A stretch of 64,000 nucleotides of DNA from Pecten maximus (lineage: Eukaryota): assembly GCF_902652985.1 (NCBI RefSeq), contig NC_047022.1, forward strand, positions 8,990,001 to 9,054,000, given 5' to 3'. Position 1 is the stretch's first letter, and each line of letters opens with the position of its first letter. A program made the translations under genes and the position numbers. The notes beneath the pieces were generated by a model that was not told the origin of the DNA, searched no databases, and saw only the letters and a program-made list of their open reading frames with translations. Below, piece by piece: positions 53,402-64,000 of the stretch.

Positions 53402-54401
53402 AACAAGAGGCCCGATGTGCAAGTATCGATCACCTGGCTCAACGGAAACTTTGAAGTGGACTGAGGTCATTTCTACAGATACTATGATGATTATCACCTT
53501 ATTTAATTATCAGAGTGAGCTAGGTTTATTCATGCCAATAAAAGTTCTAGTCCTTCAATCCAGCATACTTTTGCCCTAATATCAGGTCCCGGATACTTTT
53601 GGCGATCGCAAAATCATTGTTTAAAGTTTTAACGTATGTCACCCCTGTGACCTAGAATGTAGGTCAATGTCATTCATTTGAACAAACTTGGTAGCTAGTC
53701 ACCCCAAATTGCTACAGGCAAGGCCGACATCAAGTCCCTAGGTCTCTTGGTTATTGAGAAGAAGTTATTCAAATATCTAAGCCTATTTGACCTATGTGAC
53801 CTTGAATGAGGATCAAGTTCATTCATTTGAACACACTTGGAAGCCCTTCACCCCAGCAAGCTAGAAGCCCAATATCAAGTCCATGAGTTTCTTGCTTATT
53901 GAGAAAAAGTTGTTTAAAATTGATAGCATATTTGATTCATTTGACCTCGAATGAAGGTCAAGGTCATTCATTTGAACAAACTTGGTTGTCATCTAGCCCA
54001 GGAAGCTCCAGGCCCAATATCAAGTCCCTTGGCCCCTTGCTTATTGAGAGGAAGTTGTTAGAAGATTTAAGCCTATTTGGCCCCATGTGACCTTGAATGA
54101 AGATCAATGTTATTTATTTGAGCAAACATGGTAGCCCTTTATGCGAGCATGCTACATGCCTAATATCAAGTCCCTGGATCTCATGATTATTGAAAAGAAG
54201 TTGTTTGAAGATTATAGCCTATTTGACCTACGTGACCTTGAATGAAGACCAAGTTCATTCATTTGAACGAATTTGGTAGCCCTACAGGCCTAATATTAAG
54301 TCCCTGGGCATCTTTATTAGTCATAAGAGGTTGTTTAAACGAAAAAATGACGCCGTACCACAGCATAAGCTCACTTGTCCTTTGGGCAGGTGAGCTTAAA
54401 A
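53402..54401 (-). mobile_element. Complete HINE-type element with ~145-bp monomers
   Basis: Both termini are present: aacaagaggccc..tcacctg and the hairpin aagctcacttgtcctttgggcaggtgagctt aaaa. Confidence 0.8.
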
Positions 54402-55377
54402 CAACTCTTGATATAGCTTTACTTTTTCAATATCCCAGCTAGTGTCAATATGGATTGATAACGTTTTACATTACAAAAACTGATTTTTACATCCTCCATT
54501 TTGACAGGCGGAGTTGGAATAGATTCAGGCAACACAACAGGTGGCACAGACGACCCCCACCACAACACAATACAAGGACAAGTCGAGCTAGTGTTTTACA
54601 ACTTGACCAAATGTGTTTTACTGTATCTTATTCAGGACTATTCAAGTAAAATATCTTCTCAACAAGAGAACTCGAGGTTTGTTAGTACCGACCATCAACA
54701 TAAGTTATTTGACCAAACAATGCCATATGTTGAGATATTTTTCCAGTACCCAACATGTATAGAACTTTCATATTTCTGTAGTGCTCTTGTCATTAATTTA
54801 ACATGTTATACATATGTTTAATGGAGTTTCTCCTTAATATGTGTAGTCAGGTTCACACTTCCATTAAAAATTCAATGTAGAACATGGGAAATACTGAATG
54901 ACCCATTTGGAAAAACTGTTGAAATTCCAAGAGTAGTACACATTGAGTTATGCTGTGGTGTGTATTTAAGGGCAGTTTGCAAACTCATTAAATAAATGAA
55001 TGAAAGAAAGAATGAATGAATGAAGTATGAGGAATGGATTTATGAATTATTGTGTAAGAATGAATGTAATAGAAAGTATACATAAATATTTACAAATAAA
55101 ATGTGGTACACAAATATTTTCTATCTGTCAATGTCATAATACCAGGGAGCAATGTCCATTTCCTGTCCATCAAATTGTCTTAACCCTCCTCTTATACTCA
55201 TCGTTAAATGACCTGGTGAGCCTATGTACTTGTGTATGTTATCCATCCTGCACTAACGTTTTCCTTTAAAAACTTCTTCCTAAGAGCCAACAAGCCTAGA
55301 ATCAAACTGATAGAATGCTGTGATGGAACACAAAAAATGTTTACGAAAAAGAAATTTTTTTTTTACTCAAATTCAAG

Positions 55378-55527
55378 ATCAACAGATTCATCTTTGCCAT
55401 GCTTGTAGAAAGCTCATGATTATAAGTCCCTCCGAAAACTACCTACAGCATGAGGATCGTCCTGTGTCACGGATATCGGAGTTGGATTATGAAGTTAGTA
55501 AACTGATATGTTTGTGTGTGGTGACAG
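55378..55527 (+). other. Candidate 150-nt phase-1/phase-1 exon of unknown gene (degraded homologues 32385-32534, 43868-44017)
   Basis: T-tract + caAG acceptor, ACAG|gtacgt donor, and one open frame (DQQIHLCHACRKLMIISPSENYLQHEDRPVSRISELDYEVSKLICLCVVT). Confidence 0.3.
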
Positions 55528-57525
55528 GTACGTTCTTTTCATGACCTCATGGTCAGGTATGTCGAAAAATGGTCCATGTTCAGATGCATGTGTGTTTTCT
55601 ATCAACACAATTAAATAGTTGAAAACATGCAATGAAGTGCCAACACAGGTGTGTTGGGTCGGCTTTTCCTCGTCTCTTTACTATGGCAGGAATTCTAATG
55701 TTACTCATCTCATGTCCGATTTTAAAGAGGCCAATAACACATTACAAACCTTCAGATTACTGAAGCCACACCACAGTCATAACACATCAATTTATCTGAA
55801 AACAAAGATATCAAAACATGGTTTTGTATGATTTTAGAAGAGCTGCTTCAATCAGTTATGTTCCATTTTAATCTGATACGCAATGCTTACACGAAAATAC
55901 ATATTAATTTGTACGCATATTTTAATTTTCAGTAACCTATAACATTGTAATTGTGGTGGTAGCTGGTTTCACTTATTCATAGATGTTGTCTGTGAAACAT
56001 TCATATTTTCAACTTCTCAATAACCAATTAAGATGTCTAGGGTTATGACATATTGCCAGAAGCTTGCAGATTGGTAAAGATAAAATTTTTATTCAAATAA
56101 TATTGATATTAGGCCGGAAATGTCGGATGAAAGGCTACCAAGTTTGTTATAATAAATGACATTCACCTTTCAAGGTCAGTGAGTCAAATATGTTAAGTTT
56201 TTAAACAACTTGTCAATAACCAAGATACCTAAAGTCATGGTATTGGACCAGCAGCATACTGGTATGAAGGGCTGGAAATTTTGTTCAAATCAATGACCTT
56301 GACCTACTTTCAAAATCACACGGGTTAAATGTATTAGAATAACTAAACGACTTCTCAATACCCAAAAAGGCCCAGAGTCATGATATTAGACTAGAAACAT
56401 ACAGCGATGAATGACATGTTTGTTCAAATTAATGACCTTGATTGACTGTTTTAAATCACAGAGGACAAATGTGTTAAAACCTTAAAAAGACTTCTCAATA
56501 CCAAAAGGCCCAGGGTCATGATATTGGGCAAGTAGCAATTTGTGACAAAAAGGCAACAAATCTTGCTCAAAAGAATAACCTTGACCTACTTTTATAGTCA
56601 CATTTGTCAAATGTGTTAAAATAAGCAAACGACTTTTCAATACTCAAACGGATCAGGGTCATGATATTGGACAAATAGCATACAGAAATGAAAGGCTACC
56701 AAGTTTGCTCAAATCAATAACATTGATTGGCTTTTTAAGTCACACGGGTCAACTGTGTTAGAATCTTAAAAAAACACCGGTATTTACCTCCAGCAATCAT
56801 TAAGCAGATATATTTAACCTAAGATATTTATTTACATGACAGGAATTTAAACAGAACATTAAAAAATTCAAGGCCTACATATACAATCACACAACAACTC
56901 GCATACTGCACTCTTATACGGAACAAGAACCCTCGACTAAGGCTACAGGTGTTTCCCTTCCTGGTAAACAGCGTTTTAATAAAACATGTAAAACATATAT
57001 TTATAGACTTTTTGCCTGTAGTTACTCGAGTATCGATATATCTTGAAACCATTAAGCTCACTTTGTCCTTTTGTCGTGGTGCGGCGACAGTCGTCCGGTC
57101 GGTGGGTCGGTGTAACGCTGAAAATAGACCTTCGTTGAAAATTGACCCCGGGTGACTTCAACGTTAAATATTGACCTTGAATGCCGTTGAAAATTAAACA
57201 ACCGCAAATTCTTAACTCCGACCCGTTAAATATGGACCCCGTTGATTACAGATGGTTTACTGTTTGATATCTAAACATTTTGAGGTTCGACAAATAACAC
57301 AAAAATGTAAATATCCGCTAATAAACGTATATGAACCTTCGAAGTCTTATATTATAGGTCTCAACACTTTACCTGACACACAAGTCATTTAATGTCCTTG
57401 TTACAGGTGCGCATAATCCGCACCTTCCCATGTGACTTCATACCGAACAAGGAAGTTTAATTTAGATTGCAAATGGTGACTTGTCGTTTACAGTTTATGT
57501 TATTTACGTTTCCTTAGATGCTGAG

Positions 57526-59172
57526 ATGGCGAGTAAACTATCTATTCGTAAGGCACAGGTACACGTACAGGACACGTGTGCGTGGTGTGATAGTGTACAG
57601 GACGTGAACTGGTACTGTAATGACTGTCAGGAGGCTTTGTGTGACAAATGTAAGGAGACCCATCAGCGCGCGAAGAGGACAAGGAATGACGAAGTTGTAC
57701 CGATAAAGCAGGCAGACAAAACCGGCCAGGCGGTACTACCAGAGGTTTGTAAGATACACCCCGGTAAAACACGCGATTTGTTTTGTACAGAGTGCAACGT
57801 CGCTATCTGTTCAATGTGTTTTACAATGAACCACAAACAACATGCATTCAAACATTTTGAAGACGAAATTAACACCCAGATACATTACATGCGTGAACAG
57901 TTGGAAACGTTGAAATCCAAGTTAGGTCAGATCAATGAGAAGTTATCAAACCGTCGGAAAGAGAGCAAAACATTCAAAGAAAATGTCGATATCATCTGTA
58001 AAGATGTCAAAGAGCGAGGAACAAAGCTTAAGGCAGAAATAGATTCTATAGTTGACAATGTTCTTGCTGAATTATCATCACTGGTTGCTGAAGAAGACAA
58101 ACTCCTTAAACAGGATTGTGAACATGATGATAAAAGTGTCAAACAAATAAAGCAGCTGATCGGAGAAGTGAAGCAGCAGTCGGAAAATCCATCAGGTGGA
58201 ACTTTGTTTGAGCTGACGAGGAGACTTAGGACCACTATACCGCTTTATGACGTTACTGGTACGAGTATACATCTATACCTACCAAGTTTTGAAACCGAAC
58301 AAATTGATATAGAACAGTTGACAAAAATGGTCGGATTTGTTAAGGCCGGGAGTAGGAATGATTCAACGCCTACATACGAGAAGAAGGATATCAATAATCA
58401 ACATGTCCGAAAACTTACTTCATTCCAAACCCCTCCAAACAAGTTTTTAATATCCATATGTCCAATAGATGACATCTATGCCTGGATATCAATAATTGGA
58501 TGTCTGGACCTACTCCGAATCAACAAAGATGGAAACGTCACGGAGACTGTGAAGCTTGATTTTGCACCTCTGCGTTTAGCTTTGACCAACTCTGGACTAC
58601 TGATGACTCGACATGATCATTCACCATTGATACACAAACTGTCGGAGGACAGACGTGTGACGACCTTTGCCGACATCCGTCCATTAAAGGCCGGGGGTAT
58701 TAGTGTTAGTGACACAGACGAGGTGTTCGTTAGTACTACAACTACAACAATACTGGTACTGAACATGTCTGGGGACAAGGTTAGACAACTCTCGTGTGGA
58801 TTGGACTGGTGTCGTGTAGTATGTTTGACCGGAGGAAATGTCGCTGTTACCACTGGAGGTGGTTACTGTAAAGAACTGAACATCGTCAACAAATTAGGTC
58901 AGATTATACACACGTGGAGTGGAGAACTGGACAATGGTCAGAAACTATCCCAGACGAGACAGAATAGTATAGCATGTGATAGATATGACAGAGTATTTGT
59001 ACCAGACTTAGATACTCACCAGGTATACGTCATCTCACGGAATGAGAGAAAAGCAAAGTGTATCCTGGACGAGAAACACAGAGTACGACATCCAATGGCA
59101 GTAGGTGTAGACAGGTGTGGACATGTTTGGATCGGCTGTGTTGATGGCACGGTACATATTATGCAACTCTAA
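57526..59172 (+). CDS. RING-less TRIM-NHL-like protein copy 6 (548 aa)
   Basis: Intact ORF with the same architecture. It has distinctive propeller patches (LDWCR, AGG, PLR). Confidence 0.9.
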   Translation: MASKLSIRKAQVHVQDTCAWCDSVQDVNWYCNDCQEALCDKCKETHQRAKRTRNDEVVPIKQADKTGQAVLPEVCKIHPGKTRDLFCTECNVAICSMCFTMNHKQHAFKHFEDEINTQIHYMREQLETLKSKLGQINEKLSNRRKESKTFKENVDIICKDVKERGTKLKAEIDSIVDNVLAELSSLVAEEDKLLKQDCEHDDKSVKQIKQLIGEVKQQSENPSGGTLFELTRRLRTTIPLYDVTGTSIHLYLPSFETEQIDIEQLTKMVGFVKAGSRNDSTPTYEKKDINNQHVRKLTSFQTPPNKFLISICPIDDIYAWISIIGCLDLLRINKDGNVTETVKLDFAPLRLALTNSGLLMTRHDHSPLIHKLSEDRRVTTFADIRPLKAGGISVSDTDEVFVSTTTTTILVLNMSGDKVRQLSCGLDWCRVVCLTGGNVAVTTGGGYCKELNIVNKLGQIIHTWSGELDNGQKLSQTRQNSIACDRYDRVFVPDLDTHQVYVISRNERKAKCILDEKHRVRHPMAVGVDRCGHVWIGCVDGTVHIMQL

Positions 59173-62100
59173 TCAATCAGGCGATAAAGCTGCAAATAAA
59201 CTCTTGATGGTGGGATACTTCAATCCCTGTTCCTTACAATGACAATTTAACTAATTGTCGACTGTTGCGATTGTTAGGTTTGATACTTCTACATCAACAC
59301 CACTTCATTTGACCTTTTCTTATGACGATTGTTTTACCTCCTCAAATAGCCTGCCCCGTTTTTCTTGTTTTATGATTGTCGATACAAGTAACAAGAACCT
59401 GAAAGCGAGTATTTGAGATGCTCTGTTTTTAACCAAAGGTGATAATAAATTCATTGATGAAATGACGGTCTGCTTATGTTTTAATCACTTGACTTTTAAA
59501 GTAGAATCTGCCTGTCCTTATCATAGCCTTACTCATCCGACCAGTCAGTGTCTAGTTTACATATTGCCCGTGTCTGATTGATTCAGATAGGAATAAATAA
59601 AGCAATCACGTGAGGTACCGATTCAAATGTTTCTAAGTCAAAACCAACAGTAGATGTATTGTGTCAGTAACATCGGCCTGATATTAAATATTTTGTCTTT
59701 TGCTCACTTAGATACACCCATCCTACTTTTTTACCTTTATCCATAAGCTTATTCTAGAAACTATATAATCAAACATATTCAGTTACTCTGCATTGTCGCT
59801 ATGTAATCTTATCAAACAAAATAGAAAGTTATCATAATTCATACATAATTCTTATTAGTGAAGTGATATTTGGAACAATGTTTTTAACGTCACTAGAAGA
59901 CGTATGTTTGCTTGAGGTTACTATATTAATTGTATTATGACGTTACGAAAATTCTTGCTACCCGATTAAAAAAAAAGCAAAAAAAAATATAAAAGATTAA
60001 AAAAAAAAAAACCCAAAAAAACCCAAAACCCAATTGATCAAAGTAACATGAAACAATGTATAAACAGATGAATATCCTCAAAATGAAATTTATTAAAATG
60101 TTGATTCTGAATTGATGGTTTTATGTTTTTTTCACGAACTATATTATTTTGCCGGGAATGGTCTCAGTATCACATGAAAATTTCACATTGACACCTCGAA
60201 GTTTGACTTTTGTACGCGATAAAACTGTTATATAATGTATACAAGAATTTTAATTTTGATACAAATATAGTATATAAGTATATATGTATCGAACTGCTTT
60301 GGAAAGTTATTTTCCTATACCTGTAATTCTCTCAGGATTGCAGACAAAATTAATCATATCGCACGTTATTAAGGATTAAATAATTAAAAGGCATAGCCTG
60401 CAAAAAGCGTTACATCCGCTAAACTGAAATATATTACTGCATGGGGTAAATAAACTCACCCACAATACCCAACATAGAAAACAATTTACACAAACTATGA
60501 TTAGCGCAATGATAATTAAGCGGTCGAGTTCCAGCGCTAATATCCCTAAAATTAATGTGTTTAAAGGGTCAGTATTATAGTCCTACAAAGACCAACAATA
60601 TTCATGTTAAAGTAATGATGTCCAAATTTTAGGAAAAGGATTCGGAAGTAAATCCGTGATTTGTCACAAGAGTCCCGTTCTATATTGTCCACATTTATAT
60701 AACAAACTGGCTTCGTATCTCCGGGTACCGGTAGTGTTATTATAGGTTGGCTACAAAACCCTCAATATTGCTCCTCGATTGACTTCCTCTTGTATTGGCT
60801 AGGGCAATTGTCCTTTTTAGTTAGTGTTGTTGCCCTGCCTTTAGCTTCTATTTTGAGTATCTGTATGCGTACATTAGCGATTTGTAGTAGCACAAATATC
60901 TTTTGATAATATGTGTTCCGTTCTTATGGAAATGTGTATTGTTTTTGACATTGATGGTGATGGAAGGAATATTGAAGACAATGAACCAAAGAGGGATCTT
61001 GGCATCCACCATTGAATGATTTCTATTTGTTCAATGTATTATATGTACTCTACTTTATTGATCTGCTAACATGGAGAATATATATATGAAATCTAAGAGA
61101 AATATAAAAGAGAATATTTTCCTGTGAATTAGAAATAAAAGAAAAACAAAATTTCAGCTGTCGGCCATATTTCTTTCGGGATCAGACTCAAAATTTAATT
61201 TCCACATTTAGGGTCCGAGAGAGACCTAAATATGAAGTTTGAAACAAAAGAATAATATAGACGGAATCAATTGATTTCTAAGAAGCTCATTATGAATCAG
61301 AAATTATAATGCTTAGCATAAATGTCTTCCATTTACTTTTTTGGATCAAATTCAAACTAAGACATTCAAATTTTGTATTAATGCCTGAGGTGAATTGAAA
61401 TATTTCAACAGTTTTCCAAGCTTACAGTTCCGTACAAGTTGTATGTTACATGTATAAATATTATTCAATCCGATATTATTATATAAAGATCGATTTTGTA
61501 TTTTGATGTATTGATATTTCCCATTGTACATTGACAATATCAATTTCATGTGAATATCTTTTTCATGGTTTGACGATAATGTCTTGTTTTGAATATACAC
61601 ATTTCTGTAATATATTTGAAGATACACCTAACAAAACTCTGAATAAACTTCACCGGTTTATGGTGAGAGTGCATGCTTTTCTGTGTGATGTAGTTCCATA
61701 AAATAAACATGTACTTAAGTTTAACACAATTCCTGAGGAAATCTGCTTTTATTGATATACTCTTTTCTCCTATGAATCATTGCCAAACGTCATCAGCCAG
61801 TCAAAATTCCTTTTGCGGTAAAGTAAATTTTACGTTATGAAGAACACGGTTTTTAAGCCAATGTCATGTAAGGCAATTTTAATGAAAATGCGTTTTACAA
61901 GAAAAGTTGAATTATCTAGAATGTTATCAATTTATCCTCATATGTTATATAGTATCCGATACCAATTTTATTGATTGTGATATACATTTCTCAATTACCA
62001 TGTGACTTTGATTACGTCATGGACATTCATTTTGTAATAACTTTGATAACCTTATTTTATTTTACATTTTACTTCTTTTGAAATAAAGTCAGATAAGTAA

Positions 62101-64000
62101 TACATAAACCATTCGCCAGTTAAAAACGATGCTTATGTCTATGTTTGATAATTGATTGATATTATTAGAGACGTCCATTTGGATTCCAAGGTCAAACAAA
62201 ATTAATGTGTACGTTTTAATATGGTCATCTGTTCTCATTAGTTTCGCTAGTGCACCTCATGTACATAATAGTTGCTTTTGCAACATATATGATCCCCACG
62301 AACTGCACAGGCTATTCAGAAAGATGCATTTTTGCATGTTTTGCCAAATTCAACAGACAGTTTTGCAGATGTTCTGTCATAAGCAAAGCCCATGCTTAAC
62401 CATTACTATGCCATAAAGACAATTGATCGCGGTACTTCTGTTGAATTGCATCAGAGTTATGATATATATATAGGATTACTAAATTATTACCAGATTTGCT
62501 GTTTAGCGACCACATTCCGCAAACAAGTTTGTTTCCCATGATCTAGTGTTAAAGATCGGGGATGGAGAATATTACTGATTTTGTTAATTCCTCTTGATGA
62601 CTACAGTAGGAAGAAATGAAATCAACCACTGCCCGCAGTGTGGCTCAAAGTAGCGACCTCTCACTCTCATGTCGGACATCTTATATATACACCACTAGGC
62701 TTTTGGAAAATGCCCGCTATACTTGGCTATAATTAAATTGCAAAAATTTTCCACGTGTGCAAAGTGATAAGAATGCATACGTCGTCGGAGATAAAGTTAT
62801 ATATGTTCACCATAAATAGTAATGAAAGTGTTCTAGCGGAAAACAAATGTTTGTCAATGTACCTTTACTGAATACTTCTTCCTAGTTTTATTGAGATATA
62901 ATCTCGTTATATAGCAAACATCAGTTATCTAGTAAAGATCTTTGTAAATTGAATATTAAATGTGTATATTTTAATCTGGGTAATTTATTTGTTAACATGA
63001 ATATAGGTAATGATGATTTATATCCAATAGTGTTACCCAAGGACAGGAGTCCGTGTGTAGTCTGTATTGTTTACGGTATCTTCTATCAGGACATAGTATC
63101 GACCACTTACAAGGCGAACCATGTGTCAGTATCTAGGACGGTGACATTACACATTCCTGGGAGCACATTAAGCGAAGCGATATTTTGTTAGGTTCCAGCT
63201 AAAATTGCATAAATGCTGAATTGATAATTCATAGTTTCAAGTATTCTATTAATATCGTCTTCACACAAAGTTTCGTTGCAGCATGAGAATGGTTAATCCA
63301 TGTGCACCCGTATTATATAATATGAATGATTATGCGTAATTGTGTTATGTGACTACATATATACAAATAGCTTTATAGAAGAATTCATCAAATGATCATT
63401 AGTAGGTGTAGAATACATTTTATCAAGTCACCTATTACATAATAAGTGGGTTGACCAACTTCTGTTAAAAGTTTTCTGATATTTTGGTCGTTTTCTCGAT
63501 ATAGAAATATGTGTCAAATATATATTCTGCTGCTTATTATAATTGGACGGTGAAATGACGTGAGGAACATAAACAACAGACGTGATATAAAACATGTGTC
63601 AAGTATATACACACACTACTGTTTATGTGTTATATTACGGTAAATTCACATACCCTCTAGTGATGTCTGTGGCCCTCAAACACCCAGCAACGATTTTTTG
63701 GACTCAGTTATTTGAGTCATTGACTAATCCTTTTCCTGTGGGAATCTTATTTTGAATATCAACTATCTTTCAGTATTGGGACTTTTAGAAATCTTAGAAA
63801 TGGTTTCATGACGCACCTGCAAAACTCCTACAAACATGAGGTTACACATGTCCATATATAAATTCTTGTTGATTGTGTTTCCCGTTGTAGTTCCTAAAAA
63901 TAGCTTTGTATCCCATAGTTCTTAAAGAGTTTACATGGTCTCATAGATCTACAAGTGTATATATAAGTTTGCGACTTCCCCTTGGTTAACCTCATGTAAT

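Larger units (their letters stand above)
23140..64000 (+). repeat. Older tandem units of ~11.1-11.8 kb, each one TRIM-NHL gene plus a homologous spacer (spacer type B)
   Basis: Homologous spacer blocks recur, e.g. 28374/39745/62156, 30689/42175 and 32630/44113/55619. The last unit runs off the window. Confidence 0.9.

Noticed and set aside
57772-57774. Cys-to-Arg change in B-box2 of copy 6 as an inactivating lesion
   Set aside because: This Cys (KTC) is not one of the eight consensus Zn ligands, all of which are retained.
2958-58853. Recurrent minus-strand ORFs overlapping the TRIM genes
   Set aside because: Antisense shadows of the real CDS. They recur only because the gene is duplicated.
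2942-59172. Assigning a gene symbol such as TRIM71/TRIM2/TRIM3/brat
   Set aside because: No RING or filamin domain is visible and the NHL repeats are divergent. This looks like a lineage-specific expansion with no demonstrable orthology.
4736-63191. Recurrent short spacer ORFs (e.g. MTFSYDDY, MILLETSI, MVFTALVT, MKTYNEVP)
   Set aside because: No recognisable domains, frames break between older units, and identity reflects recent duplication.

Overview
AT-rich eukaryotic genomic DNA, most likely a bivalve mollusc. This is inferred from the Helentron/HINE-type satellite-bearing elements, SINE-like fragments and expanded B-box/NHL genes. The window is a head-to-tail tandem array of six + strand paralogues whose whole recognisable coding region lies in one exon. 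They encode RING-less TRIM-NHL-like proteins (B-box1, B-box2, coiled coil, 6-bladed NHL-type beta-propeller; about 548 aa from the MASKLSIRKAQ start). Four copies are intact (23140, 34933, 46071, 57526). Copy 1 has a single in-frame TGA, and copy 2 is 5'-truncated by a recent ~8.77 kb tandem duplication that gave it a new repeat-derived ATG. The main signal is that differences between copies concentrate in about 12 short patches, two per propeller blade, at positions predicted to form one face of the propeller. These patches are reassorted between copies as mosaic tracts that include silent sites, while the spacer of the youngest duplicate pair is almost identical. This looks like a recombination/gene-conversion-diversified, immune-receptor-like TRIM-NHL array. 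The spacers are mosaics of non-autonomous transposons, and different elements sit just upstream of different copies. Apart from one candidate exon (55378-55527), the other ORFs in the track appear spurious.
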